Source: Camelus dromedarius | Taxonomy: Eukaryota | Reading direction: 5' to 3' | Assembly: GCF_036321535.1 (NCBI RefSeq) | Contig: NC_087436.1 | Span: forward strand, 104,348,001 to 104,412,000 | DNA: 64,000 bases | Shown: in pieces, positions 13,538 to 24,870 of the stretch | Layout of the letters: every line of letters begins with the position of its first letter | Numbering within the stretch: the first letter of the stretch is position 1 | Position numbers and translations under genes: made by a program | Notes under the pieces: generated by a model | What the model was told of the DNA's origin: nothing | The model's input: the letters and a program-made list of their open reading frames with translations, nothing else | Databases searched by the model: none

Positions 13538-13649
13538 ATGGATGTGGTCGACAGCCTTCTTGTGAATGGCAGCAACATCGCTCCCCCCTGTGAACTGGGG
13601 ATCGAAAATGAGACGCTTTTCTGCTTGGATCAGCCCCGTCCTTCCAAAG
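13538..13649 (+). CDS. CCKAR: Cholecystokinin A receptor, coding exon 1 (MDVVDSLLVNGSNIAPPCELGIENETLFCLDQPRPSK)
   Basis: Translation matches the CCKAR N-terminus; ATG in strong context (AGGATGG); donor GTAGGT at 13650; 112 bp, phase 1. Confidence 0.97.
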
Positions 13650-14332
13650 GTAGGTGTCAGAGTCTATTATTTAATTCGGAAAACTATGAAGTTGGGGGAA
13701 GAAATCAGCAAAGGCAAGGCTGATTGAGAGAATATAACAACGTCTTCGTGAGACAGGCTGGATATAGTCATCTGTTCAGAAGTTTGGGTAAGAGATCAAA
13801 AAGCAGAATTGAGTCCAATCCTCTTATTGTTCCCCATGGAAGAGCTGGGCTTCACGTAGAGGACTTGGGGGCACAAGAGCAGTGGGAGGAGGTGCTGAAG
13901 TGTAGCCAGAAGGGAGTACAAGTGTCGGAGCCTGAACTTACAAGCAGCAGAGAAAAGGTGCTGTCACAATCGAGCTGTCGCCTTTTCTTGGGGGAAATCA
14001 GTGTGAAAAAGTGATTAAAGCGAAATAATGCTTAGCAGCTAGAAAAGAAAGCAGCCCCCTATTCACTAGAGGAGCTTTGTTCTTAAGAAAAAGGGGTTCC
14101 CCGAGTGATCCTTTAACAGACTAACCTTTTAGAGGCAACTGAATGGCTCTGCACTCTCCTCACTTTGTTTCTGCAAAATATTGTAAGTACAGGGAGAGCT
14201 GGGTTCGATGATGTCCACCCCTGGAAAAAAAAAAAAACAGCAGGAAATCCCTGTTCACTTGGTGGGCTAAGTTTTTAGCATTCTGCTCTCATCACCTCCG
14301 TCCCTCCATCTCGTCCCTGTTGCTCCCTGCAG

Positions 14333-14584
14333 AGTGGCAGCCGGCCGTGCAGATTCTGCTGTACTCCCTAATATTCCTGCTCAGCGTGCTGGGAAACACG
14401 CTGGTCATTACGGTGCTGATTCGCAACAAGAGGATGAGAACAGTCACCAACATCTTCCTGCTCTCCCTGGCTGTCAGCGACCTCATGCTCTGCCTCTTCT
14501 GCATGCCATTCAACCTCATCCCCAACCTGCTCAAGGATTTCATCTTCGGGAGCGCCGTCTGCAAGACCACCACCTACTTCATGG
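14333..14584 (+). CDS. CCKAR: CCKAR coding exon 2 (TM1-TM2-start of TM3: EWQPAVQILLYSLIF...CKTTTYFM)
   Basis: Pyrimidine tract + CAG acceptor ending 14332; GNxLV and LAVSD class-A GPCR motifs; donor GTAAGT at 14585; 252 bp, frame joins exon 1. Confidence 0.98.
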
Positions 14585-15113
14585 GTAAGTTGCGGCTGGT
14601 GACTATTCCTGGAGCTCAGCCCAGACCCCACTCAGCCCCAGACCTTCCCAAACCCCTGACAGCCTTAACAGAGAAGCCCTGTGGAGTGTAAAAAACCAAA
14701 CATCTGGCTTTGTGGGGCTGGCTATGTGCAAGAACACAGGATCTGGCTTTATGGGGGGGTCAGTCCTCATAACTCCTCAGAAGTCAGACCCCAGTTTTAA
14801 AGGTCAGTTTCTCAAAGTGGAATAAGTTGGTTAAGATGTACAAAAGATGTTGCTTTGCTTGCTTCTGTTAGAAAGAAAGACAGATTTAAGCTTCTCCGTC
14901 CCTTCCTGGAAGTTGATTGTACTCTGAGCTCCACCCAACCCAAGGCATGGCATGCAGGGTGGCGAGGGTGATGGAAGAAGGCTCTTTCTGCTGTTGCTCT
15001 GGCTTTCCTAGGGAACAGGGGCTATTTGAAAACCGGTCTCATCAGAGGTCTAGACTCCCTTCTTAGGATTCACTTCCCAGTGTGTTTTCCCAGGGGCTGG
15101 GACCATCTCAGGC

Positions 15114-15117
<4 letters not shown>

Positions 15118-15149
<32 letters not shown>
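15118..15149. repeat. (GACA)n microsatellite
   Basis: About 8 units in CCKAR intron 2. Confidence 0.95.
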
Positions 15150-16024
15150 CTTTGCCACTAGATGAGGAATTGAATTTTCTTCTGGGGTCTGTGGGTCACT
15201 GAACTGACCCTGACTGGCTGAGATATGCAGCTCTCTGCCTTTGCCAATCGAAATGATGATGACGATAATAAAAATCACAAGAGTACTTTTTTATTTTGAG
15301 CACCAGATGTTCTACTAATTGCCTTCAGTTTTCACTTCCATGATCATATTTTATCTCCCCACCATCCTATGAAGTATATTCACTGAGGAAGAAACAGAGG
15401 CACAGAGAGGTTAATAATGTACCCAAGGACACACAGGTGGTAAGCCACAGAGCTGAGACTTGAACCCAGATCGGCAGACACCACAGTGGTGAGTGAGTAC
15501 ACTGCCCCCGTCTGCCAACTACCGTGACTCTCCTGAAGCAAAAACAAGACATGTCTCTTAGTCCCCTCAGTTGGCTAAAATGCCTTGTCCTTTGCCTGTT
15601 CTGAGAACTAGCTAGGGGAGGAGGAGGCCAGGTGGCAAATGAGAGAGGAGTTGGTTTTTGTTCTGATCGAAGACTAGCAAAATCTGCAGAGCTGAGTTGG
15701 GCTGGGGCGGTCTTCAATGACCGGAAAACTTTAAAAGCCTTTATTTCTCCCAGTTGAGGAATCAAGACTCAGCACTGACAAGATGATGATGAATTACTGA
15801 TCTGCCTGCCACGGACAAATAACCAAGAAAGCGTCAATCTGTGTCCAAGTCCTCCAAAATAAAAATGGACTCACCAATGAAAAGGATCGTTGTTAAATGA
15901 TGATACAATCGTAATAACTAGCATCTCATGGTGCTTTAGGTTTTCAAGGCCTGTCCATATAGGTATCTTATAATAATATTGAATAATCTTAATCAGGGTT
16001 TGTGATAGGAGATTTAAAATGAGG

Positions 16025-16126
16025 GCATGTGTAGTTGCATAACATTGTGAATGTGCTAAATGCCATGGAACTGTTCACTTTTAAATGATGAATTTTATGT
16101 AATGTGAATTTCACTTCAATAAAAAA
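16025..16126 (+). mobile_element. L1 extreme 3' end fragment
   Basis: GTTGCATAACATTGTGAATGTGCTAAATGCC...GAATTTCACTTCAATAAAAAA. Confidence 0.75.
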
Positions 16127-17549
16127 GTGTTTTTAAAATAGTTGGGGTCTCAGCTGGGGGCATTAAAACTCTTCCTAAAAACTTCTAGAAAATTAAAAGC
16201 AAGATAATTCTGAAAGTGGGTGCAATATTGTAATGATTTGGTTGGATATCTGATTCTAGTGATTTCAATTCTTCCCTCGGTTCTGTGTTCTCCCCAAGAC
16301 TATTTCAATAGTCAACACTCACTAAACTCCTAATACATTGACAAAAAAAAAAAAAAAAAAGAGTGCCTGTCTGGTGGTGAGCTTAAATTACAGTGGACCC
16401 ATTATACAGACTTGACTCTGAGGAGTTTGGGTCTGTCCTCTCTAATTTAAACGTCATGAACTCCTTAGGGTCAAGCCCTAGAAAACACAGCAAATCCTGC
16501 CCTCAAACCTGAGTACTTATTTAATGGTTTTGGGGTTATAGATTCCTGTAAGTCTCTAAGGAATACAAAGGTTATTCTCCCTAGAAAAAGAACATTTTTA
16601 TAAATACTTTCACAAAAGACCCCAGCCTACGAATTTCTCCTCCCAGACTTAGTTTAATTCCAAGATTTAAGAAATCATGGTAAGAGATAATCATGAATGG
16701 TAAGAATTAAATCATGCATGGTAAGAATTCACGGATGAAGAATTAATGGGAGTTTAAAAGGGATAAGAAATTATAATGAGGATCCACACGCAAAACACAA
16801 AAATTAAAGACAATTAAGCTTTTTTGACTCGGTATAAGTATGTCATTTTAAATGAGGCGTTTTGATGTCTTTCTCACTGATGACGCATGTTCCTTTTACA
16901 AAATACAGAAAAGCAAAGACAATGAGAAGGAAGACACTAGTTTTCCCACCCAGAGAAAACTTTAGTTACAATACCGGATTTTCATCCTTTTTTAACTATT
17001 TTTTTTCAACACTCCATTTTGAGTTTAGAATGTTTCACTCTTAAAAATATTCTGTAGTAGAAGTTTTCAGGAAGAGATTTAATCCTCCCAGCTCAGACTG
17101 CAGTGAACTTTCGGCTCACAGTCCTTGAGAATATTGGGTTGAAAGGTCAACTTAACTATGCAGATCATGCTCAGAATTAAAGATACTCTGCAGGTTACTC
17201 AGAAACCTCTTGTGTGGGACAGAAACATATTTCATCTGCTTGGTTATTAATTAATGAGCACCCTCAGCCTCAGAAGAAGTTAGGTTGTAATCAAAGTTCA
17301 ATAAACTTATCTAAAAATTGGCAATAAAATGTATTTGCAAATACATTTCTTTAACCACCTCAAGTCCTTTTTGGAACAAAGCTGGGAATAAATCATTTTT
17401 TAAAAATATACATACACAGTATTTCTTTACCTTCTCAACGTTTTCCTTTGATATCCATCAAGCCTGTGTAGATCAGGTATGCTTAAGCTAATGTGCAAAT
17501 AAACGTTGGCTTAGAGCCTACGTAACCAGCTTGTTTGTTCCTTTCCCAG

Positions 17550-17811
17550 GCACCTCTGTGAGTGTATCCACCTTTAATCTGGTGGCCATATCGCTGGAGA
17601 GATATGGTGCAATTTGCAAACCCTTACAGTCCCGAGTCTGGCAGACAAAATCCCACGCTTTAAAGGTGATTGCTGCTACCTGGTGCCTCTCCTTCACCAT
17701 CATGACGCCGTACCCAATTTATAGCAACTTGGTGCCTTTTACCAAAAATAACAACCAGACCGCGAATATGTGCCGCTTTCTACTGCCAAATGATGCTATG
17801 CAACAGTCCTG
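17550..17811 (+). CDS. CCKAR: CCKAR coding exon 3 (GTSVSVSTFNLVAISLERY...MCRFLLPNDAMQQSW)
   Basis: TTTCCCAG acceptor; ERY motif at the end of TM3, TM4 and ECL2; donor GTAAGG at 17812; 262 bp. Confidence 0.98.
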
Positions 17812-17964
17812 GTAAGGCTGTACGGGTTTATCTGTTTCCTACAACTTGATATAATTGTACAGCGTTGATAAAAACTGGAATGTATTGTCCAGAGTGTCTG
17901 GAGGATCAGTTTCCTGGAGACTTTTTGAGAAGAATCATTCTAACCTCTTTCTGGGATAATAGTG

Positions 17965-18115
17965 ATAGCAAACACTTAAATGCCATACATATATTCATTC
18001 AATCAATCCTCTCAAAACCCTATAGGGTAAGTACTACTATTGTCCCCATTTTACAGATGAGGAAACTGAGACAGGGAGAGGTTGAGCATGTTGTTCAAGG
18101 TCCCAAACCTGGAAG
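17965..18115 (-). mobile_element. MIR in CCKAR intron 3
   Basis: CCCCATTTTACAGATGAGGAAACTGAGAC core. Confidence 0.8.
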
Positions 18116-19019
18116 AGATGACAGAGCTGCTGTGTGCTTCTGGATGATCTAGTGGGGTTTTGGCTTTATGACTTAAAGTATTATAATTTTCCAGGAATTG
18201 GAGACGGAGCTGAAGGTGAGTTTCAAATCCCATGTGGTCTTTCTCAGAGCTGTAGCTATGGAACTCACACAGACCACTTTATGAGAAATAAAAAGGCAAA
18301 GTTCTCATATCTGTTTCTATACCCACTAGTGGGTGATGTTCCACAAGGTCACACAACCTCCCCGACATTCAAGTTCTGTGTCTACAAAAGGATTTAATGA
18401 CAGACATATTTTTTAAATCTACCTCTTATAGATGGATGTAAGAGACAAATGAGAGTATGTTTATGAAAATTCATTAAACAACTTTAAAAAGGCTACACAA
18501 ATGCAGGGCATTATGTTTACTGCTTCTAATCATGTTTTAGAAGCAGGGAGCAAGACATTCCAAAATGGCTCAAAAAAGGAGATAATCTCTGCGTTATTTG
18601 CCTTTTTTTTTTTTTTTCATCTCAACCAAGTAACACACAAAAAGAATTATGTTGCAAATGAGGGACATTTCCAAGACTTGAAAAGAAATCTTATCAAAAC
18701 ATGTCCTATTGAAATGAGAAATGGCTCAGCCACTGTGAGCCTCTGACAATTTTATGGCCTAATCGTGTAACCTTACACATACCAGACTGCAAAAGTGATT
18801 TAGGGGCCAAACTCATAAAGAAGGAGGCTGCAATTCTTCAGGAATCAACTATGTTTAGAGAAAGCATAGCTCTGGCCCGCCAGACACTAGAATGAGCTTA
18901 CTACTGTGCCAATGGGTCAGAACAGCCAGAATGCCTTATTTTGCAAAACCAAGGAGGGTTTCCATCACTGCTACCTACACATTTGATGATTCTGTTTTAT
19001 AAAATCAACAAATGATATA

Positions 19020-19257
19020 TTATGATGCTTAAGAACATAAGTTCTAGAGTCATATTGCTTGAGTTCAAATCCCACCTTTGCTACCAGCTATGTGACTTTG
19101 GACAAATAATTTAATCTCTTTAAGTCTCAGTTTCTTCATCCATAAAGTGGGTATTATGTTAATAGTACCTATCTCAGAAGTTGTTATGTGAATTAAATGT
19201 AGCAATATATATATACTATATTGACATTTAATGTTATCAATGAATGTAAGCTCATTA

Positions 19258-19258
<1 letters not shown>
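19020..19258 (+). mobile_element. Near full-length MIR in CCKAR intron 3
   Basis: GAGTTCAAATCCC...TGTGACTTTGGACAA...CTCAGTTTCTTCATC...AATAGTACCTATCTCA. Confidence 0.8.

Positions 19259-19296
<38 letters not shown>
19258..19296. repeat. (ATT)n microsatellite at MIR tail
   Basis: About 13 perfect ATT units. Confidence 0.95.
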
Positions 19297-19363
19297 TTGG
19301 TAACAGCTTTATTGAGATATTCACATACTCTCATTGGTTTGGATTTTCTTAAGCTCTCATTAG

Positions 19364-19569
19364 TTTTTTGGGGTTTTTTTAAGATTTTTTTTGTTTTGTT
19401 TTCTGGTTTTTTTTTTCCTGTTTTGTTTTTGGGTTTTTTTGTTTGTTTGTTTGTTTAAAGTGGTACTTAGGTTTATTTATTTATTTATTTAAATGGAGGT
19501 ACTGAGAAATGAACCCAGGACCTCGTGCATGCTAAGCATAAGCTCTACCACTGAGCTGTACCCTCCCCG
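19364..19569 (-). mobile_element. tRNA-Ala-derived SINE (vic-1-like) with long compound A-rich tail
   Basis: Head GGGGAGGGTACAGCTCAGTGGTAGAG...GGTTCA...TACCTCCA with A/B boxes, (TAAA)n linker; direct repeats TCTCATTAG at 19355-19363 and 19570-19578. Confidence 0.85.
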
Positions 19570-19840
19570 TCTCATTAGATTTAAATGTAGACTTGTTTCA
19601 GGCACAGACTTACACCAAAGTTTCCCAATTTAACTAGCCCCTCATAAGAGAATTCATCTGAAAGAAAGAAAAGAAGTAAACAGCGTCTAATGACTGAGCC
19701 TCCAGACATGGAATTTCCAAGGCTATTAAATACTCGTAATTAATGTGTTTGCTCAGACCCGTTAAGATGGAGATGAACTCTATTTATTCCATCCCAAATA
19801 CTGGAGCTGCTGGTTATTGGATTGCTTTTTATTTTATTAG

Positions 19841-19968
19841 GCACACGTTCCTGTTACTCATCCTCTTTCTGATTCCTGGAATTGTGATGATGGTGGCATA
19901 TGGACTAATCTCTTTGGAACTTTACCAAGGAATAAAATTTGATGCTAGCCAGAAGAAGTCTGCTAGAG
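19841..19968 (+). CDS. CCKAR: CCKAR coding exon 4 (TM5: HTFLLLILFLIPGIVMMVAYGLISLELYQGIKFDASQKKSAR)
   Basis: TTTTATTAG acceptor; donor GTAACT at 19969; 128 bp; frame continuous with exons 3 and 5. Confidence 0.97.
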
Positions 19969-20918
19969 GTAACTATCTTTTAGCTTCATGTTTATGCCAA
20001 AAGATTACCACAGCTTGTTCTCTGTAACTTAAATAGATAGACCCAGAGTGTGCACAGAGTATATTCAAGACTTTACAAGGTATTCTTAGGAGGCCCTGGG
20101 TCATAAGATACAGTCATGAGACCCAGTGTCTCTATTTCCTCATCTGTCAGATGGGAAAATTATTCCTCTCAAAAGGGTTCTGAGTGGGATAAAATGAGGT
20201 AATGCACACATCGGCCAATTACAAGCTGAGAGCCCATGGGTCCCAGGCATTCTGTGATGTTGCATCCAAATGGACCCCCTTCAGCAACCAAAGCAAATTG
20301 TAACTGCAGCCCCCAGACTCTCTCCTCCCCTTCACTCACGCTGCACCTGCCACAAAGACCCCATCTCTCCCCACCAGTTACAAGCCACCCTCCCCTGAAA
20401 CCTACACGACACCTTTGTTGGCATAAATCCACCCCCTTCTCACTCCATCCCTTTCCTCAGTCCTTTTTCAAGTATACAACTTACAGGTCTTCTTAGGTCT
20501 TCTTTGGTTGCTGTTGATTTTTGCTCGTTATCCAGAGTCTTCACAGTAAAAACAGTCTGGAGATCTACCAAGTGAACAGGAAACTCCCCCTTGAAAAGGT
20601 GGAGAAAGGAGGAGGAGCATAAATATTCATTCTTTGATAAATTTTAATCTTTATAACCTACATACATAAACTATTATTTTACCATTATAAGTTGTATTAT
20701 GTCCATCATATACTATACATCATTTTATTAGTTTTAAGCAGGTGTTGAGTTGCAGGAAGGGACTCGTGTAGTGCGTCCCCATCAGTGCGTCCCAAGTTGC
20801 CCACCCAGGTCTGCAGTTCACATTTGGTCCGGCTCCCTGATGGAGGCGGCAGGGGTTCCATGCCTTCTGCCTGACGTGACCCATCCCGAAAACTAAGCGA
20901 TGTCGCTCGCCCACCCAG

Positions 20919-21463
20919 AAAGGAAGCCGAGCGCCGACAGCAGCAGCAGATACGAGGACAGCGACGGCTGTTACCTGCAGAAGTCGAAGCGCCCGAGGAA
21001 GCTGGAGCTGCAGCAGCTGTCCACCAGCAGCGGCGGCAGGGTCGGCCGCATCAGGAGCAGCAGCCCCGCCGCCAACCTGATGGCCAAGAAGCGCGTGATC
21101 CGCATGCTCATGGTCATCGTGGTTCTCTTCTTCCTGTGCTGGATGCCCATCTTCAGCGCCAACGCCTGGCGGGCCTACGACACCGCCTCGGCCGAGCGCC
21201 GCCTCTCCGGGACCCCCATCTCCTTCATCCTCCTACTCTCCTACACCTCCTCCTGCGTCAACCCCATCATCTACTGCTTCATGAACAAACGGTTCCGCCT
21301 CGGCTTCATGGCCACCTTCCCCTGCTGCCCCAACCCCAGTCCTCCAGGAGCGAGAGGCGACGCGGGGGAGGAGGCGGAAAGCAGGACCACGCGGGCCTCT
21401 CTGTCCAGGTGCTCGTACGGCCACGGCCACGGCCACGCGAGCGCCTCTGCCCCGCCCCCGTGA
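20919..21463 (+). CDS. CCKAR: CCKAR coding exon 5 (ICL3, TM6, TM7, C-tail) to TGA
   Basis: CCCAG acceptor ending 20918; CWMP (CWxP), NPIIY (NPxxY) and PCC motifs; TGA at 21461-21463; spliced CDS totals 1299 bp. Confidence 0.97.
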
Positions 21464-22434
21464 GCTGCGCCCCGGCAGCCAGGGCGGAAGGATGGAACGG
21501 GGGCTGAGGGTGAAAGCAGAGAAGGAGGGAAAGAAGAAAGCCGGAGGAGGAGGAGGCAGGAAGTGAAGGAGAAGGAAGGCACCATTCCCAGCGGGAACAA
21601 CTTAACAAGACAAGTCCACTTGGCATCCTTCATCCGGGTTCCAGGGGAAGACTTCCAGGTTGGGGCCATGGCTAAGGCCCCACCTTAGTTCCTGGCAGGA
21701 CATTTTCAGTAACATTCATCATCAGAAAAACCTCAGCAGGCCAGTAACAGGCGTCCAGCAGGGCTCCTGCTGCTGCTGGTGTAATTGCCAAGCACGTGTT
21801 CAAAGGGGGATGTGGACCCTACTGAGCTTTAGAAGGTTCTGGCACATCCAAAGTGGGCTCTCATTCCCCACAGAGACAAGTTTCTGTGCTCTGCTACTTC
21901 TGTGGATGCAGAATTGTGGAGGCTGCTTTGCCCCTGGGGAGTCCATCACTCTCCTGTACATTTGGTAACCACCCACCTCGTCAGGACCACAAACAGGAAC
22001 AGGAAGCAAACCCTCTTCTGGCCATTTTCTGTAGAAAGAGAAGAACCTGGCTTGTTCTCCTTGAGGTCGGTCAAGGACATTCAGAAACACAAGTTTATGT
22101 TGTCATCAGAAGAGCATACGGAACATCATCTCAAAGATGGAATTTGGAACTTATATTTCTGAAAAACAAAAAGGTATATAGCAAGTAGCTAGAAGGAATG
22201 CTGTCTTAGCACAAGGAATGTTAAATGCCAGAAGGGGCATAGAAAAGTTTTTCTTATTTTAATAATATATATTACTTAACTCCACCTTTATATGGTGATA
22301 TTATAGCCCATGGCTTCTTTGCTGCAACTTAATTTCTTACACTTACCATCTTTTCTGGAAAGGCCTCCAGGTACAAAGGAGAAGTGTAGCTTAGGTGTAC
22401 CTGGCCAAGATGGAAACACGTGGAATCGGGCCAG

Positions 22435-22440
22435 AATAAA
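22435..22440 (+). terminator. CCKAR: Candidate CCKAR polyadenylation signal AATAAA
   Basis: First AATAAA I found after the stop codon (~970 bp downstream), with T/GT-rich sequence further 3'. Usage not verifiable here. Confidence 0.4.
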
Positions 22441-22845
22441 AACTGGCATACTTGGACTCAATTAACAAATAGCTTTTGAATGTCAACTTTGTCTATGCCT
22501 TTTAAATACAATCTGTGTGTTTGTTAATAATTGTCATAATTTTATGGTTATGTGTAAAACGAACAAAGAAGTATGTTCTTTCCATGTAAGTATACTCTTT
22601 GGTGTGCTTCAAAAAAGAAAAAAGAACAGTGAATGGAGGTTGGAATTCACAAAGTGTTATCGTTCCACATTCCTCTACAACAGTTGGAATTTCATGTGAA
22701 CTTTTTTTCTTTGCAGAATTAGTGTTGAAATCTCTCTCATCCAATGTAGAAATCTCAATTTAAAATAAGACATGAGCTGTGCATTTAGATACCAGGAAGT
22801 GCATTTCTAGAATAGAATGTGTCAGTCCAGTCTACCAGCGCCCCC

Positions 22846-22896
22846 TTCTCTCTCTGTCTCTCCATCTCTGTCTGTCTCTGTCTCTGTCTCTCTCTT
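22846..22896. repeat. (TC)n/(TCTCTG)n simple repeat
   Basis: Seen directly. Confidence 0.85.
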
Positions 22897-23544
22897 TCAT
22901 AGTTTTCATGCCTCCAAGTGTCTGGGAAATGAGCTTTTCTTTTTCCTGTTTTCATGTGTCCACAACCACCCATTGATCCATGCCTGACTGATATTCTTTG
23001 TTAAGCACAAGTGCTGGTGATTTCAATTCTCAAACATATCCATATGGAAGGGGGAAGGGGCGGAATAGTGGCAAGAAATGATCATGAAGAGGGGAAAGGA
23101 TGTTGTATAATTTAACAAGATGCAAGTGTCACCATTTGTGGGGTTTTTTTGGTGGGGGGAGCAGTGGAAGAGCCATGTGCTAACAGAGAAGAAATTATTG
23201 AAGATGTGACCATTTATTATAGGGGATTTTCAAGCCAGATGTTAGTTTTTTTTGTTCCTAAGATTGCAATCTACTTTTACTGTTTATAACCAGTCATCTC
23301 AGTCAAAAATTTCAAGGGAAAAATTCAACCAACTAAAATGTGCACTGCTAAAATGGGAAAGATAAAAGGTGTAAGAAATGAAAATGTCTCCAATATTTGA
23401 GTAAATCCTACAAAACCTACAATTTTTCTACCAAAAGAAAAAGCCTTCCCCTCTGACAGTGTCAGCATATAAATGAAGAAAAATTTGGTCCCCCCAAAAT
23501 ATTGGGAACCTCTGGAAATGCCAAACATTACATTAACCTAAAAA

Positions 23545-23684
23545 TAGGGTTGCCAGATTTAGCAAATAAAATACAGGATGTTCAGTTAAATTCTACTTTC
23601 AAATAAACAACTAATAATTTTTTTTTTTGGTATGAGGATGTCCCATGCAATAAAATACATCTTCTATTTTATCTGGCAATCCTA
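23545..23684. mobile_element. MER53-type MITE (internally deleted)
   Basis: Terminal inverted repeats TAGGGTTGCCAGAT ... ATCTGGCAATCCTA. Confidence 0.85.
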
Positions 23685-24624
23685 CTTTAATTTTAAAAGC
23701 ATGTAAGGATATAAACAAGCCTTCCCAAATATAGAGCAATAACATGCCTCTGTTCACTAAATTTATTGGAAAGTCTTTCACGTAATGGAAGCTTTAAAAA
23801 AAAAAAAGAAAAGAAAAATAAAAATGCTGTTAACTTCAGAATCTGTGCCTGACCTTCGGAAATCGTACTATCCACAGAGTGATTTTGCTTTAAAAGAATT
23901 TTTTTTAACATAAAGCTATTCTAGTACTTTGTTGAGTCAAAAGCCTTTATTTCATGCTAAACTGAATTATTAACTTAAATCTGAAATAAAGTGACCAATA
24001 GAGTTAAGAAAACAGATTCACCACATTCCTGGTGTTTTCTAGTATCTTTTGGTAGCTTCCACCCCTCTCCAGGGTGATACGTTTGAACTTGAGAATTGAA
24101 ATGTATCTTTGATCTTTACTTAACCCATGTGCTTCAATGGCTTCTTGTGCCCCAGTTACTGCAGCTAACTCTCATAATAAACTTGTACTAGTGAGTAAGG
24201 AATGCATGTGTCTAGATGCTGGTTATACGTGTTCATGTCTGTATCTTACCCATGCATGTAAAATATAATCACGAGACGAGTGACTGGAGCTGTCGACCCT
24301 TCCAGTGTTTTGCCCAGTACTCTGTACACCACGAGTCTCAATAAATGTCGTGACTGACTCCTATTCCGCTCCTGTGCTTTGGGGAACTCTCTTTCTGGCC
24401 ACAGCAGGGGGTAAGCTCTTGGGGGAGTTCCAGAATATCTGGAGGGCTTTTTCCAACTCTGTGTGTATCCCTACCCCAGACCTGGCTGTGTGAGCACTGG
24501 CAACCATCTCTCCCTCCCCTGGGGGTGTGACTGCGTGAGTGCATATAATCTGAGGTGTTCCCCATGGGAAGCTGTTGTGCCTGTGAACGGTGCTAAGACA
24601 GATTTTTTTTTTTTTTAAGGACAG

Positions 24625-24870
24625 GGGAAAAGGACAAATACTGTATGATTCCATTCCTATGAAATATCTAAAATTGTCAAAAATTATAGAAATCAAATGT
24701 AGAAAGATGATTTCCAAGGCTGGGGACTTAGTATTTAGTGAATATAGGGTTTCAGTGTTTCGAGATGAAAAATTTCTAGAGATCGCTTGCCCGACTATGT
24801 AAATACACTTAACACTACTGAACTGTACACTTAAAAAATGGTTAAGATGGTAAATTTAACATTGTTTCTA
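24625..24870 (+). mobile_element. L1MA/MB 3' end fragment
   Basis: AAAGGACAAATACTGTATGATTCC...ACTGAACTGTACACTTAAAAAATGGTTAAGATGGTAAATTT. Confidence 0.8.

Noticed and set aside
19065..19458. Poly-Ile and Phe-rich ORFs resembling membrane peptides
   Set aside because: Translations of (ATT)n and the SINE T-tail.
21136..21669. Alternative-frame and antisense ORFs over CCKAR exon 5
   Set aside because: Expected shadows of a GC3-rich coding exon.
23545..23684. MER53 copy as a miR-1302-type precursor (also 30089-30208)
   Set aside because: One arm of the internal palindrome is deleted in both copies, so the long hairpin cannot form.
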